A stretch of DNA of 64,000 nucleotides from an uncultured Candidatus Bathyarchaeia archaeon (GTDB taxonomy: Archaea > Thermoproteota > Bathyarchaeia > 40CM-2-53-6): NCBI GenBank assembly GCA_964559555.1, contig CAZLHM010000006.1:9008-73007 (forward strand). The letters are read 5' to 3'. Positions within the stretch are counted from its first letter, which is position 1. Each line of letters begins with the position of its first letter. Positions 10,201 to 18,244 of the stretch are shown one piece after another. The position numbers were made by a program, and so were the translations under genes. The notes beneath the pieces were generated by a model. It was given only the letters and a program-made list of their open reading frames with translations, was not told where the DNA came from and made no database searches.

Positions 10201-11067
10201 GTTACTGCCCAAGACAACCACACGATTTATGCCGGTCGCAACGGGAAGCTGGGCTGGATAGGTCAGAGCTACGGTGTCTTCGGAGCCGACAGGTTCGCTC
10301 TCTACTGCCCACCCGTCGCTGAGGCAACGACGGCGATCGGCAGATATGCAATCTCACAAACCCTGAAGAGAGCGAGCGAACTCGGAATCGAAGTGCTCTA
10401 CGGTGACACAGATTCGCTCTTCCTCGAGAGCCTTGATCCTCAACTACTTGGGGAACTCGTTGACTGGTCCAGATCATCACTTCAGATGGAGCTTGAGGTC
10501 GACAAGAACTACCGATACCTTGCCTTGAGCTCTCGGAAGAAGAACTACCTTGGCGTAAAACCGGACGGTAGTGTCGACATCAAAGGGCTCACGGGAAAGA
10601 AGCGACACATCCCAGAATTCCTTTCCAGAGCCTTCTATGACATGGTGCAGATTCTGAGCGAAGTGAAATCCCCCGAGGAGTTCGAAGACGCCAAGAGAAG
10701 AATAACAGAACTCGTGAAAGGATGCTACCTCAGGCTGCGTAGCCGTGAATACTCAGTTGAAGAGCTCGCATTCTCTGTGATGATGGGACGAGAGACAGAG
10801 AGGTACACGAAGACTACGCCTCAACACGTGAAGGCTGCGAAGCAGCTCCAAGATAGAGGCTTCGAGGTCAAGTCTGGCGAACTGATAGCTTTCGTGAAGG
10901 TGATTGGGGAGCCCGGAGTGAAACCCGTACAACTGGCCAAGATTGAGGATGTGGATGTCCAGAAGTACATGGAATACCTTCACTCAACCTTCGAACAGGT
11001 CCTCGACGCGCTCGGAGTCGAATTTGAAGATCTCGTCGGTGTCAAGAAACTAGAGTCTTTCTTCTAG
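7222..11067 (+). CDS. polB: Family-B DNA polymerase (PolB) interrupted by one intein
   Basis: The exonuclease motifs (FDIE, YCLNDA), DFASLYPSII (region II), KVVLNA/SYGVFGA (KxxxNSxYG, split) and YGDTDSLF (region I) are all present. The 1281 aa total becomes about 861 aa of extein after removing the intein. Confidence 0.9.
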   Translation: MQTLDEYVLRPRESVSQERPIVGKEPSAPSEIPPSYFVSIGYDGEKRACYLRLYEPKTHRIYEWYDTTGHKPYCYSDKSEEELRTNDAVTKNPGFETFKKEEKYDALRFQTVSRTKLVAKDPLTIGGKPIGSIRDAIRAWEADIKYVENYIYDKNLEPGMMYEVKGGELAEVKFSLASESLTQVARLLQTESEDYQRLAIEWMRLLECPVPTYLRAALDIEVFSPVTTRIPDPETADQEVICASLVGSDNKKRVLLLKKKDKEQGRIAFAQDALVEFYETEKQLLAELFRGMLEYPLILTFNGDDFDLKYLYHRGQNLGFAKNQIPIEMGRDVAYLRYGVHIDLYKFFFNRAIQVYAFGQKYRENTLGEVSEAILDRGKMETTGPVSELDYGELAAYCLNDAEITLELTTFDDDLVMKLMTALSRISYMSLEDVSRQGVSRWIRSMMYCHHRKRNYFIPRADEIQELKGGTTTEAVIKGKKYKGAIVVEPRPGVHFNVSVLDFASLYPSIIKNWNLGYETVRCPHSDGQCRQNIVPGTSHWVCKRTRALESLLIGSLRDLRVNWYKPRSKDTSLTKSQLSWYKVVSDALKVVLNACFTGDTEVLTPSGKRKITELNVGDEIYTLNESTGTVEVKPIVECQHFVYTGPLVQIASRRVDWRVTDNHELYVGRRNYKAQKRSIQFSKRKALLEAYELDRRYLFRHPVVDFLATDGGFYERVSLWSQVPSDEELVVIEPNRPWERRFSQSSRFAHYSFADKLTHSEDVRYYRTSRDVIDSIAESPRQFETLHDCTLHVSDFEGLGRRGPWSFDPFALYELIGWYVTEGSIQTGENKAGDKFARITISQHPKHLSNRKRIRSTVTRLGLEAKVWRTAIAFSSRVIAEFLREKCGTGRCDKRLPDFVFEAPVRLRKILLETMMHGDGNMERGYYSTVSKKLGEDFRHLAFTLGIETSMRTESLRGPNPVYRIKLHDKRHDAISCGDFRITPVTGLDVYCVTAQDNHTIYAGRNGKLGWIGQSYGVFGADRFALYCPPVAEATTAIGRYAISQTLKRASELGIEVLYGDTDSLFLESLDPQLLGELVDWSRSSLQMELEVDKNYRYLALSSRKKNYLGVKPDGSVDIKGLTGKKRHIPEFLSRAFYDMVQILSEVKSPEEFEDAKRRITELVKGCYLRLRSREYSVEELAFSVMMGRETERYTKTTPQHVKAAKQLQDRGFEVKSGELIAFVKVIGEPGVKPVQLAKIEDVDVQKYMEYLHSTFEQVLDALGVEFEDLVGVKKLESFF
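9007..10266 (+). mobile_element. Intein (420 aa) with a LAGLIDADG homing-endonuclease domain, inserted in the PolB KxxxNSxYG motif
   Basis: Block A is CFTGDTEVL (Cys1). Block B is RVTDNHELY (TxxH). The LAGLIDADG motifs are LYELIGWYVTEGS and LLETMMHGDGN. Block F is DVYCVTAQDNHTIYAG. The intein ends ...GWIGQ and is followed by Ser+1 (SYGVFG). Confidence 0.8.
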
Positions 11068-11090
11068 ACCATGGGGCAGCAACAATCTCT

Positions 11091-11864
11091 ATGCAGGATG
11101 AGTCATTGAGGGGCGATTACATCGCGATACTGGGACTGCGGTACATTCCGATTGTCAGGTGTGGGGATGATCTCGGCAGGATCATAGTTGAGGCAGCAAG
11201 AAGGCAGAGGGTGGGTACGCGAGACGGGGACATAGTTGTGGTGGCTCAAAAGATTGTTTCGAAGGCCGAGGGGCGTTTTGTCTCTCTTGAAAAGATCAAG
11301 CCCTCCGAGATGGCAAGGCGGCTTGCCAGACCGATGGGGAAAGATCCGCGACATGTTGAAGTCATTCTGCGGGAGACAAAACGGATTGTAAGAAGGCGAG
11401 GAAGCCACCTGATCGTCCAGACTCGACATGGTCTAGTTTGCGCCAACGCAGGTGTAGACAGATCAAACGTGGAAGGACAAGAGATCGTGTCGCTGCTTCC
11501 TCTTAATCCCGACCGATCAGCGCGTAGGATCCGAGTGGAGATCAGAAGCATCACCGGCAAACGGGTTTCCGTGATAGTGTCGGACACTTTCGGAAGGCCT
11601 TGGAGGATTGGGCAAACAAACGTCGCCATCGGTCTGTCAGGCATGAGGCCTTGGGTCGACTATCGCGGCACGAAGGACATGTTCGGATACAGACTATCAG
11701 TGACGATGATGGGCGTTGCGGATGAGTTGGCAGGTGCGGCCGAGCTAGTGATGAACAAGTCTGACGGGATCCCGGTGGCCATCATCCGAGGATACTCTCA
11801 TCGAGCGACACGGGGAAGCGCGCGCGAGCTGGTTCGACCTGCGAGGCAAGATCTCTTCCGGTAG
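11091..11864 (+). CDS. cofE: Coenzyme F420-0:L-glutamate ligase (CofE)
   Basis: The 257 aa product has the CofE hallmarks GDDLGRIIVE..DGDIVVVAQKIVSKAEGR and LVCANAGVDRSN. Confidence 0.8.
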   Translation: MQDESLRGDYIAILGLRYIPIVRCGDDLGRIIVEAARRQRVGTRDGDIVVVAQKIVSKAEGRFVSLEKIKPSEMARRLARPMGKDPRHVEVILRETKRIVRRRGSHLIVQTRHGLVCANAGVDRSNVEGQEIVSLLPLNPDRSARRIRVEIRSITGKRVSVIVSDTFGRPWRIGQTNVAIGLSGMRPWVDYRGTKDMFGYRLSVTMMGVADELAGAAELVMNKSDGIPVAIIRGYSHRATRGSARELVRPARQDLFR

Positions 11865-11872
11865 ATGAGTGC

Positions 11873-12721
11873 TTACATTCCGCTCGTATGCATAATGCTA
11901 CACAAGGTCCTTGCATCCTCAAGCATATTCATGTTGTTAAATAGGACATAGATTTCTTGGGCGCCTCTTGCCAGGCACGCCGTTGCGGCGTCTTTCAACC
12001 GTCCGAGATCCTCAATCGAATATCGATATCGATAGTTGAACTCCCTCGGTCCCAAGCCATGTAAGCGAAAGTAGCAGGTGTCCGTGTCCATCGCTGGTTT
12101 GCTTCTCAGAATGTCCACCGCATGAATGATGTCGACCCTCTGGCAAAGCTCCTTGATCACGTCTTGATGTTCTTTCCAATTACCCCTAGGTTCCCAAGCA
12201 ATCCTCATTCCTCCCCTATCGATCTGTCCGAAGAATCTGCGAGCATTCTCGACGTTTCTCTTCGAGAATCCATAGCTGGCTGGACATTGGATCAGACAGA
12301 CTCTGGTCCGGAGGATCCTACAGATCTCTAGCGTCCTTTCCCATGCATCAAGGTTTTCTCGAGTAGGCTTCAAATGACCGCATCTTGACGCTCTTCTAGG
12401 CAGGTTCGCTGTGCTCATGTGCTTCCATGTGGGGCTCGTCGCTGGATGGGTGATTATCTGCCAAGCCTTCACACAGAACTCGAACCTTGGCGGCGCCTGA
12501 GTTCTCCAATGCTCGGCCGTGTCTAGCTGTGGTAGTTGATAGAATGTACTTTGCAGCTCTACGACGCCGAACTCGTGCAGATATTCATGCTGTCGAGTCG
12601 GGAAACCACAGCAGCCAACCTTCACAGGTCGGTCTTCGATCAAACCTGCCCTTCTCATCACAGTACTCCAGTAGCTCATACAAACATTTCGAGCGACACT
12701 GAGCCCCTTCTTGTGCAACAA
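11873..12721 (-). CDS. DUF72 (YecE-like) family protein
   Basis: It contains VKVGCCGFP...EYLHEFGVVELQSTFYQLP, the DUF72 signature. The likely start is the internal M (MRRAGL). Confidence 0.65.
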   Translation of the reverse strand: MLHKKGLSVARNVCMSYWSTVMRRAGLIEDRPVKVGCCGFPTRQHEYLHEFGVVELQSTFYQLPQLDTAEHWRTQAPPRFEFCVKAWQIITHPATSPTWKHMSTANLPRRASRCGHLKPTRENLDAWERTLEICRILRTRVCLIQCPASYGFSKRNVENARRFFGQIDRGGMRIAWEPRGNWKEHQDVIKELCQRVDIIHAVDILRSKPAMDTDTCYFRLHGLGPREFNYRYRYSIEDLGRLKDAATACLARGAQEIYVLFNNMNMLEDARTLCSIMHTSGM

Positions 12722-12818
12722 CGAATTCCCCGATCATTGACACTTCCCCGAGACGCTCGATCGCAGCAAACTTAACTACTGCTCCCTGTCCCTTTACGCC
12801 AAAAGGGAAGCATTCTTC

Positions 12819-13523
12819 TTGAATTCGATCAAGCCACCGGTGCCTGTCCAAGTCAGCGATCTAGTCAACTTCTCCAGACTCGCACTTGGATTGACGGAAG
12901 GATCACAGATCCTCTGGCACTTCAAGCACAAGGGCCGACACGTGCTCGGAATCTTCACCGCATACATGTACTGGGATGGAGACCTCCCGATACTCGCCCA
13001 CACTTACGTCGACACCCCTCCCAAACCATTCCTTGCATACAAGAGTGACTCGACGAAGGGGGAGGAATGGATGTTCACCGATGATGCGGATGATAGCAGG
13101 TACCGGTATGGATCATTCGTTGAAGTGAAGAGCCTTCCGGAGAAATTCCTCGAGTGCCTTGATGGCGAATACCCATCTCCCCCCCTGCCCATGCTGGCTG
13201 AGGTAGAGAACATCAACTCCATAGTACGAACACTGGTCCCCTTGTCAATGCGTGAAGGCACGGTCTTTCCACTCTGGCATTTCCCACGGGGCGACAAACA
13301 TGTCGTGGGAACGTGCATCCCATTCGAACACTACTACGAGGCAGATGCGCTTCCCGTTTTCTTCTACCTCGTTCAAGAGAAGCCGCCGCCGGCAGCCTTT
13401 GTCAAGTATGCTGCTTCAAAACCGACAGGCGAAAAGATCGAGTACGTCGGTAACACTTCCGATGCAAAGGGGTTCTACGCGAAGATAGTTGATGTAAAAG
13501 ACTTCCCGATATTTCCCCAGTGA
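12819..13523 (+). CDS. Hypothetical protein
   Basis: This 234 aa ORF has good coding appearance. No recognisable motif. Confidence 0.4.
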   Translation: MNSIKPPVPVQVSDLVNFSRLALGLTEGSQILWHFKHKGRHVLGIFTAYMYWDGDLPILAHTYVDTPPKPFLAYKSDSTKGEEWMFTDDADDSRYRYGSFVEVKSLPEKFLECLDGEYPSPPLPMLAEVENINSIVRTLVPLSMREGTVFPLWHFPRGDKHVVGTCIPFEHYYEADALPVFFYLVQEKPPPAAFVKYAASKPTGEKIEYVGNTSDAKGFYAKIVDVKDFPIFPQ

Positions 13524-13600
13524 CTCAGGCGATTTGAGAGGCTCGTATCGCGCCTCGACATTGGCCCATTGTGGTCACTTTCGAGATGGAGTGAAGCACG

Positions 13601-14362
13601 TTGAAGTTCAAGCAACAGATCCATGACGCGGCAGAACGTAACAAGTCCCCTATCGTGTTAGCTCTTGACCTGACGCATAGGAACAGAGAACTGCTGTACA
13701 CTGCTAGTCTCAAGCTGATTCGTTCTGCATCCCGATTCTTGTGCGCAGTGAAAATCAATCGCCAGTTGGTTCTCCCTCTGGGGCTGCATGACAGTGTGGC
13801 TTCGCTCGTCGATGAGATTCATCGTCAAGGTATTCCGGCGATCATGGACGCAAAGATCAACGATATCGGTCACACAAACGAATTCATCACATCGGAGTAT
13901 TTCTCGAGTGGGTTCGACGCAGTCACCGCAAGTCCATTCGTTGGATACAAAGACGGACTAGAACCCGTTTTTCGACTCGCTGAGTCCGAGCAGCGAGGAG
14001 TCCTGTTGCTTGTGCACATGAGCCATAAGGGAGCAGCCGAAGGCTACGGACAGACCATCATCGACGAGAAGACGGGGCAAGGGAGGGTCCAGTTTGAAGT
14101 ATTCGCCGAAAGAGCCCTCAAATGGGGAGCCGACGGAGCCATAGTGGGAGCAACATTCCTTGACACAATCAAGAGGGCAAATGAGATTCTTGGCGAGAAG
14201 GTTCCCATATTCTCCCCCGGAGTGGGCGTTCAAGGTGGAAGTCCAAGTGACGCATTGGCTGCCGGTGCCAAGTACATAATCGTTGGCAGGTCCATATATG
14301 AAAGCGAGGACCCTTCACGGGCTACTGAGAAACTGCGCAATTCCATCATGGCGACAAGCTAG
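13601..14362 (+). CDS. pyrF: Orotidine 5'-phosphate decarboxylase
   Basis: Matches to OMP decarboxylase include [20 protein letters not shown], and the C-terminal IVGRSI phosphate-binding region. Confidence 0.85.
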   Translation: MKFKQQIHDAAERNKSPIVLALDLTHRNRELLYTASLKLIRSASRFLCAVKINRQLVLPLGLHDSVASLVDEIHRQGIPAIMDAKINDIGHTNEFITSEYFSSGFDAVTASPFVGYKDGLEPVFRLAESEQRGVLLLVHMSHKGAAEGYGQTIIDEKTGQGRVQFEVFAERALKWGADGAIVGATFLDTIKRANEILGEKVPIFSPGVGVQGGSPSDALAAGAKYIIVGRSIYESEDPSRATEKLRNSIMATS

Positions 14363-14511
14363 GTTTCCTCCGTTCTCCACAGCTCTTTCTTGAGCATGTC
14401 GCGCACGGCAGCTCTTATTGCCGCACTTCTACTCTGGTACATTCCGGCCTTCACGAGTTCATCAAGTCCCTCAAGAATGGCTTCAGGGAGTTTCACCGTC
14501 ACCAGTTTCAA
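14359..14511 (-). CDS. Ribbon-helix-helix (CopG/NikR-like) small DNA-binding protein, absent from the >=60 aa ORF track
   Basis: The minus-strand translation (M)[49 protein letters not shown] shows a textbook RHH beta-strand-helix-helix pattern. The frame opens at a TAA at 14562-14564, and alternative starts are TTG 14529, TTG 14511, GTG 14502 and GTG 14496. Its stop codon overlaps the pyrF stop. Confidence 0.6.
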   Translation of the reverse strand: MKLVTVKLPEAILEGLDELVKAGMYQSRSAAIRAAVRDMLKKELWRTEET

Positions 14512-14598
14512 AACCCACGGCTCCGTCAACCGACCGGTATTCCAGCCGACATGATATGACCCTTACTGATACAGTCGAAATCAGGAGGAAAGATTTTA

Positions 14599-14961
14599 TT
14601 GAACTCGGCTTGTCTTCGAGCCCAAGTGGTTACGTTGGGAGGAGCAAAGAAGAAGAGCCTGGCGCAGATGGAGAAGACTCAGGTTCAGCAAGACAAGAAG
14701 GTAGAGCCAGCGAAGAAGTCAAAAGGCAAGCCTTCGACGGAGAAGAAGTTGCGAGGTGTCGATGTTCCGAACATAGAAGACGCACGTTTTCTCTCGGAAC
14801 TGTCAAAGATGGGGGCGATCACTCCATACGCACTTGCATCGCAGTTCAATCTCAGAATAAGCGTGGCGAAGGACATGCTGGAGGAGCTGGAGCGAAAACG
14901 ATTGGTCACCGCCGTCGGTGGAAATGCGAGGATACGCATCTATCGAATGGCGGCAGCCTAG
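14599..14961 (+). CDS. rps25e: Ribosomal protein eS25 (S25e)
   Basis: The Lys-rich N-terminus plus ITPYALASQFNLRISVAKDMLEELERKRLV fits the S25e winged helix. An AGGAGG at 14583-14588 sits 10 nt before the TTG at 14599. The alternative start TTG 14635 gives MGGAKKK. Confidence 0.75.
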   Translation: MNSACLRAQVVTLGGAKKKSLAQMEKTQVQQDKKVEPAKKSKGKPSTEKKLRGVDVPNIEDARFLSELSKMGAITPYALASQFNLRISVAKDMLEELERKRLVTAVGGNARIRIYRMAAA

Positions 14962-15470
14962 GTCTTTTCTAGGCGTATCTTGCTTCCAGTCGCAACCTCC
15001 CTGAAGATCTCAGTTCCTTTCTTGACGATACCGATGACATTCACAGGGCTATAGGGCTGAGTATTTCCGTAGAAGACGCACACCGCGGAGCCAATCGGCC
15101 AGAACGCAACGGTTCCTGTCGTCACCTTCGACTTCGCTTTCTCGAGCCCCATCGTGAGTCCAGCTTCAAAGTAGATCTCTTCCTTCCAACGGGCGACTCT
15201 TCCTTCTATTGGCAATCGTCTGAGCAATGCATCGGTCGTCCTTGGAGCATAGAAACGTATCAATTCTGCTTCGGCGTGCCTTCCATCCTCGAACACGAAA
15301 CGTACCGGTACCCTCGAGACACTGCTTGCCAATGTTGCACCGGCACCTTCGGCCTTAGAAAAGATATAGGTTTGATGCAGAGGCCTAGTCCATCCATCTT
15401 CAGATGAGGATTGCAGTTGATGCATAGGACAAGGACCGTCATAATGGGCGCAGCGGGAAGGGATTTTCAT
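14958..15470 (-). CDS. Cyclophilin-like (TM1367-family) domain protein
   Basis: VPVRFVFEDGRHAEAELIRFYAPRTTDALLRRLPIEGRVARWKEEIYFEAGL...VAFWPIGSAVCVFYG matches the cyclophilin-like TM1367 family. The true start is probably near 15335. The N-terminal extension of the ORF overlaps the divergent neighbour. Confidence 0.5.
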   Translation of the reverse strand: MKIPSRCAHYDGPCPMHQLQSSSEDGWTRPLHQTYIFSKAEGAGATLASSVSRVPVRFVFEDGRHAEAELIRFYAPRTTDALLRRLPIEGRVARWKEEIYFEAGLTMGLEKAKSKVTTGTVAFWPIGSAVCVFYGNTQPYSPVNVIGIVKKGTEIFREVATGSKIRLEKT

Positions 15471-16766
15471 AATTTCAACGTGTTCTTTAGAAGGCGACCT
15501 GACTATGAGGTCGTAGCATTCACCGCATCGCAGATACCTGGAATCGAGCAGAGAACATACCCGCCAGCTCTTGCAGGCGAACTATACCGGGATGGAATCC
15601 AGATTGTGGCGGAGGAGCAGCTCCCAGCATTGGTCAAAGAGAAGAACGTCGAGCTTGTCGTTCTCGCTTACAGCGATCTTTCCTACGAAGATGTCATGCA
15701 CAAGGCGTCGCTTGTAGGTTCCAATGGCCCTGACTTCATGATGATGGGTACAAAGAGTACCATGCTGAAGGCCAAAGTTCCCGTTGTCTCGGTTTGTGCA
15801 GTCAGGACCGGTGCAGGCAAGAGCACAGTCTCGAGAACAGTTTCCAGATCCCTGAAAGAGCAAGGGAAGAAGGTCATCGTGGTGCGTCACCCAATGCCGT
15901 ACGGTGACTTGGAGACCGAGGCAGTGCAGAGATTCGCAACCTATGATGACATGGACAAGGCGAAGTGCACAATCGAAGAGCGAGAGGAGTACGAGCCTCA
16001 CATAGACCAAGGAAACGTCGTCTATGCCGGTGTGGACTATGGACAGATACTCCATGCAGCCGAGATGGAAGCAGACGTGATCCTTTGGGATGGAGGTAAC
16101 AATGATCTGCCCTTCTACGAACCTGACCTTCACATAGTCGTCGCAGATCCTCATAGAGCTGGGAACGAACTCACCTACTATCCAGGGGAAACCAACGTGA
16201 GGATGGCCCACATTGTAGTGATTAACAAGGTCGACAGTGCACCTCCAGGGAGTGTTCGGCTCGTGCGTGAGAACGTGAAGCAACTGAACCCCACGGCTGC
16301 TATGATCGAAGCCGCGTCCACAATACGCGTAGACGACCCTTCATTAGTGAAGGGAAAGTCCGTCCTGGTTGTGGAAGACGGTCCGACCGTTACCCACGGC
16401 CAGATGAGAGAATCCGTTGGAGCGATCGCAGCCCACTCTCACGGAGCGCGCGAGCTTGTCAACCCTAGACCTTTCGCTGTGGGCTCGATCAAGAAGACGT
16501 ACGAGAAGTACCCCCACATCGGTTTCGTCCTGCCGGCGATGGGATACGGGGCCAAGCAGATCAGCGAACTGGAGCAGACGATCGACAAGACACCATGCGA
16601 TGCTGTTGTGCTTGGAACGCCGATTGATATTCGTAGAATAATGAAGGTCTCAAAACCTGCTGCTCGGGTTAGATACGAGATGCGTGAAGTCACCAAGCCC
16701 GGTCTTGATCACTTCCTGAGCGAATTCCTCCAGAGGCCAGACGCGAGTTCTAGATCGCTCGTTTGA
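15411..16766 (+). CDS. P-loop protein, cyclic 2,3-diphosphoglycerate synthetase-like
   Basis: The 451 aa product has a Walker A (VRTGAGKSTVSR). The length, IMGAAGRDFHNFNV N-terminus and DGGNND region resemble cPGS-family proteins. The assignment is from memory of the family, not a search. Confidence 0.45.
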   Translation: MQLMHRTRTVIMGAAGRDFHNFNVFFRRRPDYEVVAFTASQIPGIEQRTYPPALAGELYRDGIQIVAEEQLPALVKEKNVELVVLAYSDLSYEDVMHKASLVGSNGPDFMMMGTKSTMLKAKVPVVSVCAVRTGAGKSTVSRTVSRSLKEQGKKVIVVRHPMPYGDLETEAVQRFATYDDMDKAKCTIEEREEYEPHIDQGNVVYAGVDYGQILHAAEMEADVILWDGGNNDLPFYEPDLHIVVADPHRAGNELTYYPGETNVRMAHIVVINKVDSAPPGSVRLVRENVKQLNPTAAMIEAASTIRVDDPSLVKGKSVLVVEDGPTVTHGQMRESVGAIAAHSHGARELVNPRPFAVGSIKKTYEKYPHIGFVLPAMGYGAKQISELEQTIDKTPCDAVVLGTPIDIRRIMKVSKPAARVRYEMREVTKPGLDHFLSEFLQRPDASSRSLV

Positions 16767-17946
16767 CCGACTCAGCAACGAACTGAAGTTCTGTCTGTCT
16801 GAGTAGAGGATGTACTGGGAGCGAGAAGACCTGGCGACAGGCTCGTTCCGTTTCGGGTAGGGCGCTTCTTCGCGTTGATTGCACATCACGATAGTACGGG
16901 AGCATGTGAACCGGCGACTCGTAGTATACCGAAGCACCGATGTTCCTTGAGCGAAGCTTTTCGACGAGCTTGTTTCGTTTTCCAGCGTTGGCGCCTCTTA
17001 GCCGAGGGGTGAAGAGGTACCAGGAGTGTCTTCGACCTGTGGGCTCCTTGGGCATCACTAGTTTACCAAAGACACCCAGTTTCTCAATCAGGTATTCGGC
17101 GTTCTTTCTGCGAGCTTCCAGGAAGCTCGGTAGTCTCTTCAGCTGCACGATTCCCAGAGCGCCGGATATCTCCGGCAGGTGATAGTTGTGGCCTTGTCTC
17201 GAAACCCAATACGGTCTTTCCTCTCCATGCGTTCTGATCATTCTTACCTGTTCGGCTAGATCGTCGTCATTTGTCGTCACCATTCCACCTTCTCCAGTTG
17301 TCATGTTCTTGCCCGCGTAGAAGCTGAAACATGCTGCATCCCCGATTGAACCTGCCTTGTGTCCCTTGTATTCCGATCCGTGTGCTTGGGCAGCATCCTC
17401 AATTACGGTGATTCCTCGTTTGCGTGCAAGTTCCATCATCGGATCCATGTCGGCACACAGTCCATACATATGGACTGGCAAGATGGCCTTCGTGGCGCGT
17501 GTCAGTGCAGGCTCGATAGTCTCAGCCGTGACGGAATATGTGTCTTCGTCGATATCACAGAACGACGGCTTTCCTCCGGCGAGTACCACAGCACCGGCAG
17601 TAGCGGAAAAAGTGAAGGAGGGAATGACCACCTCATCTCCGGGTTGGAGGCCTGCGGCCCAGAGTGTAGAGTGCAAGGCTGCTGTACCGGATGAGACGGC
17701 GACGGCATGTTTCACTCCGACGAACTTAGCAAACTCCTTCTCAAACTGAAGTACCCTCGGACCCTGTCCGCTCTTCTCACTGAGTATGCCGCTCTTGATG
17801 ACTTCGACGACAGCGTCGATCTCCTCCTTTCCCATGGAGGGCATATTGATTGGTATCATGTCACGCATCGAGTTCATTGCCACGCAGTCTGCATATGTCA
17901 CGACGGAAAATCTAAAAGCGTTTCTCGCCTGTCTGCTCCTCACCAA
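16750..17946 (-). CDS. DegT/DnrJ/EryC1/StrS-family PLP-dependent sugar aminotransferase
   Basis: It carries the signature DEVIVPSFTFSATAGAV, FSFYAGKNMTTGEGG (PLP Lys) and HGHNYHLPEISGALG. The likely start is the internal MIPINMPSMG (about 17859). Confidence 0.8.
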   Translation of the reverse strand: MVRSRQARNAFRFSVVTYADCVAMNSMRDMIPINMPSMGKEEIDAVVEVIKSGILSEKSGQGPRVLQFEKEFAKFVGVKHAVAVSSGTAALHSTLWAAGLQPGDEVVIPSFTFSATAGAVVLAGGKPSFCDIDEDTYSVTAETIEPALTRATKAILPVHMYGLCADMDPMMELARKRGITVIEDAAQAHGSEYKGHKAGSIGDAACFSFYAGKNMTTGEGGMVTTNDDDLAEQVRMIRTHGEERPYWVSRQGHNYHLPEISGALGIVQLKRLPSFLEARRKNAEYLIEKLGVFGKLVMPKEPTGRRHSWYLFTPRLRGANAGKRNKLVEKLRSRNIGASVYYESPVHMLPYYRDVQSTRRSALPETERACRQVFSLPVHPLLRQTELQFVAESVKRAI

Positions 17947-18188
17947 TGCTGTGCCTAATCCTGAAAGTCAGGACTGCGCAGCACGGGGGAATCTCCAAGC
18001 ACGATCTCCTCGAATCGCAGTACGAGGTGCTTGCAGCTGCGAAGGCACGCCTCGGTACCTGTCCTGTGCCAGATGTGGGACAACTCCCAGTTTTGCGTCA
18101 CGAGAGTGCGGGGCGATTCGTATCCTTTGTAGGGCAACGAGCTCTGGAATTCTGGTTCGAGGGCGGGAGCGCTAAGAGGACGTAACAC

Positions 18189-18197
18189 TTATATAAA
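18189..18197 (+). promoter_or_regulatory. Archaeal TATA box (TTATATAAA) with an upstream BRE-like purine-rich element, for the thermosome gene
   Basis: This is a consensus-like TATA element 48 nt upstream of the thermosome start. The predicted TSS is near 18220. Confidence 0.55.
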
Positions 18198-18244
18198 GAC
18201 GAATTTTCCGTTTCGGTGCTCTTTGAAAACCGAGGTCATGATGT

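Noticed and set aside
8488-10983. Multiple 60-100 aa antisense ORFs inside polB, and similar antisense or alternative-frame ORFs inside thermosome, AOR, ADH, hbd, GT and paralog genes.
   Set aside because: They lie within strongly supported genes in other frames and have biased or low-complexity composition. They are typical of spurious ORFs in GC-rich DNA.
7222-11067. A second intein in PolB at the YGDTDS (pol-c) or SLYPS (pol-a) sites.
   Set aside because: Both motifs are contiguous (DFASLYPSII; VLYGDTDSLF). Extein length after removing one intein (about 861 aa) is already typical.
14418-14972. The 184-aa plus-strand ORF overlapping the eS25 gene and the RHH gene.
   Set aside because: It is in an alternative frame to two genes with clear family signatures (eS25 and RHH). 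It has a low-complexity, Arg/Ser-rich composition, so it is probably spurious.
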